Shown here: positions 1 through 10,700 of the stretch, in pieces
Numbering within the stretch: the first letter of the stretch is position 1
Layout of the letters: each line of letters opens with the position of its first letter
Virus record (IMG/VR): IMGVR_UViG_3300042013_000103
From: a virus
Taxonomy: Duplodnaviria > Caudoviricetes
Direction: 5' to 3' (one strand)
DNA length: 64,000 bases
Position numbers and translations under genes: made by a program
The notes under the pieces: generated by a model
Seen by the model: the letters and a program-made list of their open reading frames with translations, nothing else
Databases searched by the model: none
Told to the model about the DNA's origin: nothing

Positions 1-3000
1 GCGGTTGGTGTCAGGAGGCAGGCCATACTTCGCACCGTACTTCTTGATGTAACCGTCCCACGTCCCGTTAATGAACTGGAACCAACCTGTGGCCGAAGAC
101 GTCCCAGCTTTCGCCAGGTAGTCAAAGTTAGATTCCAACGAGACGAAGATGTTCAACAGCTCCAACGGCAACCCGATCATGTCCGCCACCGCTTTCAGCG
201 TGGGCTGAGCCGCAGCTTTGGATCTGTTCGAAGCCGGCATTGGAATCTGTTCCCAGGTGCCGCCGTTCCCTTTGGTCAACCCACCGAACGAAGTCCCCGA
301 CACAGCAATCTTATCGGTGACCCCGGTGTTGTACTTCAGGGTGTCGTAGACGTCTTTCCCCGAGTCGGCTACCTTGCCCCCGAACTCCGTGACCGATTCC
401 CACGCGTTGGAGACAGTGTCCTTCACCGCCGAGAACAACCGGGCCGAGAAGCCTTTGCCCGATTGCGCGTCAACTTTCCCGTCGACCTGTTGGCCAGCAG
501 TCATGGTGGGGGTTTCGATGATGTCCCCGGAAGCAACTTTCTTCAGGTACTCCAGTTCCGTCGCCGCCAAGGTCTGCAGCGCGTCCAGATCCCCCGTCAC
601 CTCGAAAGGCGGTTGGACTTTCCAGATGCTGCCTTCCGGCCCGTCGGATTTGGCCCCGATGATCGCGTTACCGACCGTGACTTTGTCCGCCGCCTTTAGG
701 GAAGCTTCCACCCGCGCCAAGTCGGTGTTACCCGTGATGACCTTGATCGACCCGATGTACGCTCGGAACACCGGCCCAAAGCGGTTCACGATCCAATGCA
801 CAAAGCGATCGCGTTTCGCCCCATCCGACAACGACAACCCAAACATCGGTGCCGCGTCTTCCACCAAACTCCCCAGGTCCGCCGTGTAGTCCGCGGTCCC
901 GTCTTGTTGGATTTTCAACCCCAACATGAACCGGGCTTCGAACGACAGAATCGAACTGACCGACGCCACGTCCGCCGATTCCAACCCGTACGCCCGGAAG
1001 CGCAACGATTGCAAACCGGTCAGCTTAGTGGTCGGAGCCCGCACCGTGGCCATCGCCGGAGCAATGGACGCCGTCATCTTGGCCCGCATGTCTTTGGTCA
1101 ACCCTGCAGTAACCCCAACCGCCACGGGGGACGGTTTAACCTCAGGGCCACCCATGATGTCGTCCGCGGTGAGTTCTTTAGCAGCAGACGGTTTCTTGGC
1201 CGGAAGAGCAGCAGCCGCGGCTTTGGCACCAGCGCCCGCCATGGCGGTGGTGGTCACCACGCCCGAGGCCGCCCCGGAGGGGTCTTTGGCTTTGAGTTTG
1301 TACTGCGCTTTCAACGCGGCGAGCATCTCCTTGATCTTAGGGGTCAGGTCTTCCAGGTCGTCTTCATCACCGAACGGGTTCATCCGGTACTGGTACGGGG
1401 AATTGCTACCGTCCAAGGACGACACCGAATCCAGCAGGCTGTATTTCAACGCGTCATCGATTTTCCCATCGATGTCATTCAACAACACCGACGATTGACC
1501 GATGTTCGTCAACCCTTGCAGCCAAGCGGTGAACACGGGTTTGAAGCGAAGGTCCAACCACCGCGCCATGCGCAGCACCTGATCGTCCGCATCCATGTCC
1601 ACCCCGAGGATGTCCGCAACCTTCGGCAACGACTCCTTGTTGATCTTGATCGCAAAACCATTGGCCCGGTCCACCGTGCCTTCGAGGAACGCTTCCAGCT
1701 CCAGGACTTTCTTCTGATCGCCCATAGCGTCGGCGCCGTACTGCAACAAACGCAGTTGACGCAATTCCCCACGGGTTTGCAGGTACTGTGCACCTTTATA
1801 AGCACCGTACCCTACTGCCGCCACACCGGCCGCCACCAGCACGACCGGCGACGTCAGCGCCGCCAACAACCCAGACGCCACCGAAGCCAGCGCCGTACCG
1901 GCCATGGCCATCCCAGACATCCCGACCGTACCTGCTACCGCGGCGGTGCCTTTGGCGACCGACCAAGCCGCTCCCGCACCACGGGCCATCAGGCCAGCTT
2001 TCGGAACCTTCGGCATGACCGGTTTGCGCAGCTTCCCTTTACGGCGACGACCGCCGGTGATTCCGTCCTTGATATCAGCCAAGTCCGCAGCGTCAGACAA
2101 CCCAAAACCGTCGTCGTCGTCTTCCTCGGCTTTATCCTTACCGCCGAGTTTGGCCATGAGTTTGCCCAAACCCCCTTTCATCAGGTTCCCAAACCCCCCG
2201 TCCGCTTTATCCGCTTTGGTTTGTTTGGTCCCGTCAGGGTTCTTCTCGGCCTCTGCTGCCCGGGACATCTTCTCCTGCCAGCTGCCTTTGCGAGGACCAG
2301 GTGGGTTCAAGCGGTTGACCAAGGTTTCGAGGATCCCGCCCAGCAGTTGATCGGTAGGGGTTTCCAACTTGCCGTAGTCAATGAGCTTACCGCCCAATCC
2401 GCCCAGCACACCCCCCATCTTCTTGCCTGCTGCGCCTGCTTTACCGCCCAACCAACCGTAGTACTTCTTGGTCATCTTCCAGTAAGCTTTGACCGGGGCT
2501 TTCAGCATCTTCTTCAGCATGCTGGATTTCTTGGCCAGGGCATGGGGCTTGCCGTCGGAGTTCAACAGCAACGGCATCTGCGTGGCGGTGAGTACGACGT
2601 TGCCTTTTAGATCGAACAACGGTCCTTTCAGGTTGTCGAAGTCGGTCAGAACTTCACCGTCCGAGTTGGCGTACTGGCCTCGACGGAGTTCATACGCCGA
2701 GACTGCTGGGTCCACTGTGCCGGGCAAGTAACCGTCTTGGTTACCGACCAAACGGTCCGTGATGAGTTTCACCCCACCCCACGCCAAGGCGCCGGCATTG
2801 GCCCCACCTTTCAGCAACATCTTGGTCAGCTTCTGCGACTGGGTTCCTGGACCAAAGAGGTAATCCTTGGCCGCTTTCGCTGCTCCTTTGACCGCGGTGA
2901 GTTTCCCCGTGGCACTGTCCACCAGTCCGTCTTTCAAGTCCTGGGCCGTGGCCACAATGCGCCCGGAACGGTCCACGATGGTCCCGGTGATGTCGTCCAG

Positions 3001-5985
3001 TTTCTGGATGACTACGCCCGTGGCTTGGTCCAAGTACTCGCCGGCTTTGATGTCCCGTCCTAACAACAACGGTTCCCGTCGCCCTGGAATGACCCAATCC
3101 GTCCGGGAGAATTCCCCTTCGATGGTCTGACCGAACATCTGTGCAGTAGGGTCCCAATTGTCCATGGCCTTCTGAGCCCGTTCCATGAACTCCCCTTCCA
3201 CGGCCTGTTGGGTACGCACAACCAATTGACCAGCGGAGTTGGCCAACCCACGAGTGGCTTCCATTTCCGACAACACTAAGTTGCCTTCACGGTTGATCAC
3301 TGCCCCGGTGATGTCCTTGATCGAGGTGATGATCTTTTTGGTTTTGACGTCCATCAAGTTGCCGTTGAGGATATCTGTCGCCCGGATCACCAGCTGGTTC
3401 GTGTCAGGCAAAGACAAGTCCATGACGAACTCGGACACTTTGGCTTTGGCTCCCTGCAACACGTCCGCTGCCTTGGAGAACGCTTCAGAGGCCATGGCAC
3501 CGCCAGCGGCCACCTGAGCTTTCTGGTGGGCTTCCTGAGCATAACCTTTAACCTGGTCGCCGAAATCCCCTGCCATCGCTTTAGCGTGCGCTGCAGCTTC
3601 TCCTACGGTGGCCCGCGCCTGTTCGTAGGCATCCATGGCGGGACCTTTGACCTGGGCCTTGATTTTACGGTAAGCTTCGGCAATGGCACCCCCGGCTTTA
3701 GACCCGTGAGCCCGTAACTGATCGCCCCAACCCCCAGCCTGCGCCCCAGCGCCTTGTGCGTGCGCCGCTGACGCCGCTCGGAACTCGGCTGAGCCGTCCC
3801 AAGCTTTCTGCCCGGCCACCTTGGCCTTGTTCTTCAGTTTGTCCGCCAGCTGTCCGAAGCGCCCGCCCATGCCCTGAGGCATTGGACCGACAAACCCCGC
3901 ACCGGTTGGCGTGGACTCATTGGTGGCAAACGGGTTGTCCGAAGAAATGTCCGCCCGCATGAGTTCCCACAGGCGTTCGTAGTTAATCCGGTCGTTGCCA
4001 TTCTCGGTGACGACGATGCCCAGAATCCGCAAGGACTCCGTGCCCCCCGATTCCACCAACCGCGAGATTTCGTTAAACGGATCGGCCGCCACGTCGCGAA
4101 CGTTCAAGAACGCTTTGGAGAACTCACTCAGCTTCTTGTTGTTGCCGCCGGTGTTTTCCATCTTACCGTCGGCCCCCGAAGTGAACTGGGCCTTGAAGAA
4201 CCCTGCGAGCTCTTCCTGCACGCCCCGGTCTTGGGTGTCCTTGTACCCACTGGCTTGGCTGTACTTCGCTGGGTCGAACCGCTTATTGGTGGCCGAATCC
4301 CGCAGCAACCGAGCCCCCAGTACCTTCCGCGCCTCTGCTGATAGCTTGCCTTCTTTGTCGTAGGTGTTCAGCGTGTCGTCGATGGTGCTGGACACGTTAC
4401 GGGCGGATTGACGCCCGATCACCGAAGCCGACAGGTTCTTGAGTGCAGCCCCTTCTTCCGAAAACTTCCCGTTGGTGATGTCAAACTTCACCAAGGCGGC
4501 ATCGCTGCGTCCGGTCCGGATGTTCGTCAGTTCCCGCAGTTGACGTGCCAACAGCCCAGGAATAATGTCCACCAAAGTGCGCTGGCCCAGTTGGTTCCAG
4601 GTCGCTTGTTTCTCAATGGTTTGATACTTGCTGGACTTGAGCTGATCGTCTAAGCGGAATTGGGGCAAAAAGGACGACATCGCCTTCTGCAACAACCCCT
4701 TCGCGCCGGTTTGGTTCTGTGAATTATTCATCCACTCTTGGAGCAAGGCAGGGGCGTTGTCGATGGCGTACGAAGCACGGTGTTGACCACCGCCTCGAGC
4801 ATCTAAGAACTTATCCACACCCGGACGGAGCTTGCGCCCTATCCGTGGCGCCACCGAGTTCTTGAGGAACCCCATGACGCCGTCACCGGCTAACGACCCG
4901 GCCATTTCGTAACGGTTGTCCCAGGCTTGTTTCTTCATGCCCGAGCTGCTTTGCATGGCCATGGACAATGCGCTGATAGCGCTGCCGGCTTTCTCCGAGA
5001 GGTTGCCCCGGATCTGATCGCCGTACGTCCCTAAGAACGCAGGCAGGCCTTTGGCAATCGCCCCCGAGATGCGCGACGCGGCACCCTGAGCCATTTCCAT
5101 GCTGACCAGTTCTTTCATGGACGACTTCATGTGCTCCGGCGTACCGGTGTTGCGCACCAAAGCTTTATAACCCATCTGGTGCAACTGCACCTGTGCTTCC
5201 GACACCCGCAGCAAATCCCGGGTGGCTTGGTAGGTACGGAATTGCAGCTCCAGTTGTTTGCGCTGGATGTTGTAACCGATCTGTTCGTTGTAGTTGGCCA
5301 TCCGGGTGATGCCGTCGACGGCCATCGACATGCCACGGGACATGAAGTCATAACGCTTACCCGAGACCCGATCGCGGATACCACGTTCGGCTTGGGCCAG
5401 GGTAAAGCGACGGTCCGCGTTGCGTTCCGATTCCTGGTGGGTGCGTTGGGTGACCAACGTGTTCTGGTCCATCGCCCCACGGATTTCGTCTTCGTCAGCC
5501 TGTTGCTGAGCCCGTTGACGGATCTTGAGTTGGTCGCGGCTGGATTCTTGTTGGTACTTATACTGGTCAAGTTTACTTATTGTAGCTTGATCCAGACGGT
5601 CGTACAAAGACTGGGGAATTTTGCTTTGAAGAGCTGGCATAGCCAACTGCGCTTCTTTAGCAATGGTGGACAAATCCCCCGGATGCTTCCGTTCAATCTC
5701 ATCCACCACGTCCGTCAACATCTGCTTGCTGGCGTCCATCACCCCAAAGGTCCGGTTAATCCCGTCCGGGGTCATGCTGCGCAAGAACGACGTCAGTACC
5801 GTCTTCCCTTTATTCTTATCAACCAACGACCCTTTCATGCCAACAGCAAACTGGCGCAACGGGCCTTTCTTTTTCTCAGTGGGATCAGGGCCAAAGATAT
5901 CGTCGATATTCCCCAAGTCCAACACGGCCATCTGTTGCGTGATGCCCGAGTTTTTCTGTAATAACTTAGTCTTTTTGGTCGCCAT
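1..5985 (-). CDS. Giant tail-associated protein (tape-measure-like) with C-terminal lytic transglycosylase (GH23/SLT) domain, phiKZ gp181-like; 3' end lies outside the window
   Basis: Hand translation: ATG at 5983-5985 preceded by GGAG, giving MATKKTKLLQKNSG. The frame stays open to base 1, so the ORF track omits it. At 1-160 it reads LLNIFVSLESNFDYLAKAGTSSATGWFQFINGTWDGYIKKYG, the SLT ES...S(S)AxGxFQF..TW motif, with catalytic Glu at 133-135. Gly/Ala-rich hydrophobic segments lie near 1790-1990. Confidence 0.9.
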   Translation of the reverse strand, partial: MATKKTKLLQKNSGITQQMAVLDLGNIDDIFGPDPTEKKKGPLRQFAVGMKGSLVDKNKGKTVLTSFLRSMTPDGINRTFGVMDASKQMLTDVVDEIERKHPGDLSTIAKEAQLAMPALQSKIPQSLYDRLDQATISKLDQYKYQQESSRDQLKIRQRAQQQADEDEIRGAMDQNTLVTQRTHQESERNADRRFTLAQAERGIRDRVSGKRYDFMSRGMSMAVDGITRMANYNEQIGYNIQRKQLELQFRTYQATRDLLRVSEAQVQLHQMGYKALVRNTGTPEHMKSSMKELVSMEMAQGAASRISGAIAKGLPAFLGTYGDQIRGNLSEKAGSAISALSMAMQSSSGMKKQAWDNRYEMAGSLAGDGVMGFLKNSVAPRIGRKLRPGVDKFLDARGGGQHRASYAIDNAPALLQEWMNNSQNQTGAKGLLQKAMSSFLPQFRLDDQLKSSKYQTIEKQATWNQLGQRTLVDIIPGLLARQLRELTNIRTGRSDAALVKFDITNGKFSEEGAALKNLSASVIGRQSARNVSSTIDDTLNTYDKEGKLSAEARKVLGARLLRDSATNKRFDPAKYSQASGYKDTQDRGVQEELAGFFKAQFTSGADGKMENTGGNNKKLSEFSKAFLNVRDVAADPFNEISRLVESGGTESLRILGIVVTENGNDRINYERLWELMRADISSDNPFATNESTPTGAGFVGPMPQGMGGRFGQLADKLKNKAKVAGQKAWDGSAEFRAASAAHAQGAGAQAGGWGDQLRAHGSKAGGAIAEAYRKIKAQVKGPAMDAYEQARATVGEAAAHAKAMAGDFGDQVKGYAQEAHQKAQVAAGGAMASEAFSKAADVLQGAKAKVSEFVMDLSLPDTNQLVIRATDILNGNLMDVKTKKIITSIKDITGAVINREGNLVLSEMEATRGLANSAGQLVVRTQQAVEGEFMERAQKAMDNWDPTAQMFGQTIEGEFSRTDWVIPGRREPLLLGRDIKAGEYLDQATGVVIQKLDDITGTIVDRSGRIVATAQDLKDGLVDSATGKLTAVKGAAKAAKDYLFGPGTQSQKLTKMLLKGGANAGALAWGGVKLITDRLVGNQDGYLPGTVDPAVSAYELRRGQYANSDGEVLTDFDNLKGPLFDLKGNVVLTATQMPLLLNSDGKPHALAKKSSMLKKMLKAPVKAYWKMTKKYYGWLGGKAGAAGKKMGGVLGGLGGKLIDYGKLETPTDQLLGGILETLVNRLNPPGPRKGSWQEKMSRAAEAEKNPDGTKQTKADKADGGFGNLMKGGLGKLMAKLGGKDKAEEDDDDGFGLSDAADLADIKDGITGGRRRKGKLRKPVMPKVPKAGLMARGAGAAWSVAKGTAAVAGTVGMSGMAMAGTALASVASGLLAALTSPVVLVAAGVAAVGYGAYKGAQYLQTRGELRQLRLLQYGADAMGDQKKVLELEAFLEGTVDRANGFAIKINKESLPKVADILGVDMDADDQVLRMARWLDLRFKPVFTAWLQGLTNIGQSSVLLNDIDGKIDDALKYSLLDSVSSLDGSNSPYQYRMNPFGDEDDLEDLTPKIKEMLAALKAQYKLKAKDPSGAASGVVTTTAMAGAGAKAAAAALPAKKPSAAKELTADDIMGGPEVKPSPVAVGVTAGLTKDMRAKMTASIAPAMATVRAPTTKLTGLQSLRFRAYGLESADVASVSSILSFEARFMLGLKIQQDGTADYTADLGSLVEDAAPMFGLSLSDGAKRDRFVHWIVNRFGPVFRAYIGSIKVITGNTDLARVEASLKAADKVTVGNAIIGAKSDGPEGSIWKVQPPFEVTGDLDALQTLAATELEYLKKVASGDIIETPTMTAGQQVDGKVDAQSGKGFSARLFSAVKDTVSNAWESVTEFGGKVADSGKDVYDTLKYNTGVTDKIAVSGTSFGGLTKGNGGTWEQIPMPASNRSKAAAQPTLKAVADMIGLPLELLNIFVSLESNFDYLAKAGTSSATGWFQFINGTWDGYIKKYGAKYGLPPDTNR

Positions 5986-6042
5986 GGGAAACTCCATCGA
6001 CTGTTAAATAATCATATCGTAACCCTCTAAGAGGTACCTACA

Positions 6043-7698
6043 ATGAAAAAGGTGTTAACTCCTTTTAACATTAGTTTGTTAATCCCCACCAAGGCCCAGT
6101 TGTCCTTACTCGGCCAGGTCACCAGTCACGAGATTTTTGAAGGACTCGGTGGGAATTTCCATGAACAGGGATTGTTCTCGGTGAGCATCTTTGGACGGGT
6201 AGGCAGCAACGCTCGAGAATCCAACTTCGGTTACATACACTTGGGGCTTTCAGTATTGCACCCCTTGGTCTACCGAACCCTGATCAAGCTCAAGCGTTTT
6301 TATGAACAGCTGATTCAAGGTCATGCCTACGCCAAGTGGGACGACGCGGCCAAAGACTTTGTCCCGGCGGGGGAACTCGAAGGCCAAACGGGCATGACGT
6401 TCTTTCTGCAGCACTGGCAGAAGATCAACTTCAAGACCTCTGAAAGTTCCGCCCGAAAGATTCGCCTGGATCTGATTGAAAAGTACAAGCACCGCGCTTT
6501 GCTCACCGACATGCTGGTGTCCCCTGCGGCGTTCCGGGACGTGGAGATCGGGGCAGACGGTCGAACGGCCATGGACGAAATCAACGACAAGTACCGGTAC
6601 CTGCTGAACCAATCCAAAGGCATCCCGGAACACTTCGGTCCGAACGACGACGTGTCGATCTATGACCGCAAACGCGTGGCCATGCAGTTCACCTGCAACG
6701 AGATCTACGAACACTACGAACGGTTGCTGTCGGGCAAAGGTGGGTACATCCAAGCCAAGTGGGCTTCCCGCCGGATCTTCAACGGCACCCGAAACGTGTT
6801 GACCTCGATGGACACCAACTCGGCGGACCTGGACTCGGCGCACCGCGTGCGGTTCAACGACGCGACGGTGGGACTCTACCAGTCGGCACGGGGGATCTTA
6901 CCCAAGGTTATCCACGGCATCCAACAGAACACCCCAGTGCGTGAAATCTTCGGGGGGTTGTCGAACCGGGTGGAACTGGTCAACCAGAAAACCCTGCTGC
7001 GGGAATGGGTGGAACTGAACTCGGAGGAAGTCGACCGCTGGACCACGGTCAAAGGGGTGGACAAAACCATCAACGAGATTGAGGTGGCTGAGAAGCGTAC
7101 CCGTCCGGTGATCGTGGGGGGTCATTACCTGTATTTGATTTATGCCGACGATGCTGGCAACTACCGCATCCTCCGGGACATCTCGGAACTGCCGGCTGAC
7201 AAAGAACGTCGCTTCGTGCGCCCGATCACCTACGGGGAAATGATCTACCTGTGTTGCTTGGACGTGTGGCGGGAAACGGCCGGGTTCGTGACCCGTTACC
7301 CGGTGGAGAATTACAACTCCTCGATCCCGATCATGCTTTACGTCAAGACCACGGTCAAAGGCGAAGTGCGCTACCCGCTCAATGACAACTGGGAACGGGA
7401 CGAGTCCCTGCCGGTGGCCGTGGAGTTCCCGGTGTTCGAACTGGGCAAACCCGCATCCTGGCACGACTCGGTGGCGGTCTCTCCTGCTTACTTAAGTAGC
7501 CTTGGTGCCGATTTCGACGGGGACACCGTGTCCATCCTGCTGGTGTACTCCGACGAAGCCGTGGCCGAAGCGAAAGCCTTCTTCGACTCACGCATTGCTT
7601 ATATAAAGGCCGGTGGTGGTTTGGCCTTCAGTGCGAACATCCACACGCTCAACCTCACGCTCCGTTACATGACCGGCGAACCTAAAAGTAGGGTTTAA
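6043..7698 (+). CDS. Virion RNA polymerase beta' subunit, N-terminal part with catalytic motif (phiKZ gp180-like)
   Basis: 551 aa; GLFSVSIFG motif near the N-terminus; catalytic LGADFDGD at 7507-7524; divergent from the gp181-like gene as in phiKZ relatives; GAGG RBS. Confidence 0.92.
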   Translation: MKKVLTPFNISLLIPTKAQLSLLGQVTSHEIFEGLGGNFHEQGLFSVSIFGRVGSNARESNFGYIHLGLSVLHPLVYRTLIKLKRFYEQLIQGHAYAKWDDAAKDFVPAGELEGQTGMTFFLQHWQKINFKTSESSARKIRLDLIEKYKHRALLTDMLVSPAAFRDVEIGADGRTAMDEINDKYRYLLNQSKGIPEHFGPNDDVSIYDRKRVAMQFTCNEIYEHYERLLSGKGGYIQAKWASRRIFNGTRNVLTSMDTNSADLDSAHRVRFNDATVGLYQSARGILPKVIHGIQQNTPVREIFGGLSNRVELVNQKTLLREWVELNSEEVDRWTTVKGVDKTINEIEVAEKRTRPVIVGGHYLYLIYADDAGNYRILRDISELPADKERRFVRPITYGEMIYLCCLDVWRETAGFVTRYPVENYNSSIPIMLYVKTTVKGEVRYPLNDNWERDESLPVAVEFPVFELGKPASWHDSVAVSPAYLSSLGADFDGDTVSILLVYSDEAVAEAKAFFDSRIAYIKAGGGLAFSANIHTLNLTLRYMTGEPKSRV

Positions 7699-7700
7699 CC

Positions 7701-10700
7701 ATGCGTTTAAAAATAGTACCGTTTCTGAAAGCGTTCGGCTTGCGTCAAGCGGCCAACCTGCAGAACCCGCGTTTGATTCCCATCGCTAAGCTGGAACTGC
7801 CGCTCGAGTCCATCTTCCATTTCTTCGTGGACAACAAAGCGGCCCGTGGCCCTACGCAAACCGACCCCCTGTTCAACCGCCTGCAGGGCAAGACGTACTT
7901 GGAACACGTGACGGAGCTGGTGTCGTTTGAAGGCAACCCTCGTCAGACGGCGTTGAAAGCCCCGCTGTTGATCAACGAGTTCCGTCGGACCAACCGGTTC
8001 TTCAAACCGTTGATGCGGGACCAAGCGTTGCCGTTGAACCAGCAGAACACGCTGATCGTCAACTACAACCTGCTGCCGGCCTTGTACCGTTACCAGGACA
8101 CGTTCAAAGCCCATTGGTTCCGTTGGTCGAACGAACACCGGACCTTCTGGACCCACGTAGCGGCCACCCACCGTCGGTTTGGTTGGAACCAGTTCGTGGA
8201 GGTGCACCTGCCGGAGAACATGCCGTCGCTGTCCGAGTTCCGTCGCATGGCGTCGGGGCAACCGGCCGTGGCCATGGAAGCCTTAGTGAATGACGCAGCT
8301 GGACTGGAAGCGTTCACCATGGAGCTCATGCAGGCCTTTGGTCAAGACTCGCAGCTTAACCTCCTCGACCTGTACAACTGGCTGGGTAACCGCCGGGAAA
8401 CGTCGTTGATGTCGGTGGTGCCACCAGAGGCGTACGAGAAGCTCAACCTGCTGTTCCGGGTGCAGGGCAGTTTCTTCGTGATCAACCTTGGGCAACTGGA
8501 CGAATGGCGGAAGAACCCCGAAGCCACGGCCGAGGTGTTGTTGGGGGCTGATGGTAAACCCCGTGACCTGAAGTTGAGCCCGTTGACCGAAGCCGAGAAG
8601 CTGGAGATCGCGGCGCAGACCAAAGGACTGGACGGGGAAATGCTGCAACGTCGGTTCTTGTCGCTGATCGCGGCGATGATCGAGTTCAAAGCGGGGAACT
8701 CCACGCTGTTGGAACTGGACCCGGTGGACGCTGCCCAGCACCAACAAGAACTGGTGGACCATTCGGAACTCCCGGACGCCAAGGCTCCAGGGGACGACGA
8801 AGAAGAGGAAGAGTCTGCGGAACTGCCTACCGCGGCGGCGCCGTTGTTCGAAGAACTCGAACTGATGGACCTCGACTTCAAAGAAACCACCTACACCCCA
8901 CCGGACCCTGAGCTGTTCAAAACCCAGCTGGTGGTGGAGACCGATGAACTGGCGGCCGCTAAGGGCGCTGACGGGACGATCGAACCCACGGCCCCAGTCC
9001 GGGTCCTGCGGGTGACGGAAGAACCTGAGGTGGTGCGTGATGCCCCTCCATTGCTGAAAGCGGTGGTCAAAGACGCCCACGACATGTACCGGGTCGGGTT
9101 GATCTCGGCCGGCACGTTCGAACGCGCCATTGAAGACGCCCAGTCGTACCAGCGGATTCCCAACCCGTTTGGGGAAGGCACCATCGAAGAAGCGATGCAG
9201 TACCAAGAGTCGGATTACCAGATTCCGGCAGACACTGCGTTCCGTGACAGCAAGACCGTGTTCGACAAGTCCATGCTTTCGTCCAAACTGCAACCGATGC
9301 AACGCAAGTACATCAAGACCCTGTTGCCGAAGGACATCTTGAACTGCGTGGTCGCCGCCCAGAAACAAGGTGCGGCGTTGCTGGACTACAAGGTCACGGA
9401 AGTCAAGGATTTGATGAACCACTATCAAATCCACAAGATCGTCATGAAGCCGGTGCGCGGTAAAGCCTCGCCGTTGATGTTCAAGATCCCAGTGATCGAC
9501 GACGACGGCCGCTTCCGTTACAACGGCGTGACTTACCGTCAACGCCTGCAACGCGGGGACAAGCCGATCCGTAAAGTCAGCCCGACCTCGGTGGCGTTGA
9601 CCTCATACTACAACAAGACCTTCGTGTTCCGTTCCAAGCTGGCGGCGAACAACTTTGACGAATGGCTCTGCCGGGAAATCCGCAGCCGAAACATGGACGA
9701 GAAAGATTCGTCCGTGCACGACGTGCAGTTTGCCGAGTTGATCCAGTCCGAGTACCACCTGCCACGCATCTACACCCTGTTGGGTTCCGCATTCCGCGCC
9801 CTGGGCAGTAACCAGTACAACTTGTACTTCCGTTACAAGGACCGGGTGGAGCACTTCGAGAAAACCTACGGTATTAATGTGGCGTCGTTTGAAACGCCGG
9901 ACATGGTGGTGGTCGGGGCGGTTGGCAAAGACCCTATCCTGCTCGACTTCAAATCCCAGTTCTACCTGTTGAAGGGCGGGGACCTGGAACCGTTGGGGGA
10001 CGTCTGTGACCTGATAGGGATCGACCAAACCACGGCGTCGATTGAAGCGGTAGTAATGTCGGTGTCCAACAAAGACCTGCCGGTCGGGTTTGTGATTGCG
10101 TACCAATCTGGGTTGACCAAGCTGCTGGAGACCTTGGGGGTGACTTACACCCGCCATGCGCGGGCTGAACGTTTGACCTTGAGCCCGGACAACTACGTCT
10201 TGACCTTCATGGACGAGAAGCTGGTGTTCTCCCGCAATGACTACAAAGCCACGTTGGTGCTGGCCGGGTTCCTGCAGTTCCGCAAGTCGTTGGTGAACTA
10301 CTCCATCTACGACTTTGATCGCAAGGACGTGTACTACCGGTTGATGGAAGACAAGGGCATGAACGCCCGGTACCTGCGGGAAATCGAGTCCCTGTATAAA
10401 AGCTGGATGGACCCGATCACCGAAGGCATCTTGTTGTCCATGGACGAACCGACGGACTTCGAAGCGTTGCTGTACCGCTCTGTGGAGCTGCTGATGACGG
10501 ATTGGAGTCCGTCTGAGGTCGATGGTGCTTACATGCGCTATCGTGGCTACGAACGCATGGCAGGGACGATCTACAACGAACTGACCGCCTCGATCAAACG
10601 CTTCCGGGCGCGCAACACCGACGTGCAGATTCAGATGGACCCGCACGAGATCTGGCGCCGGATTGTGGCTGACCCTACCGTGGCCACGATTGAAGACGCC

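Noticed and set aside
374-5961. Many + strand ORFs, including 796..2610 (604 aa) and 5131..5961
   Set aside because: Antisense or out-of-frame shadows of the giant minus-strand tail gene, which carries the recognisable SLT motif; their compositions are Arg/His/Gln-skewed and they lack an RBS.
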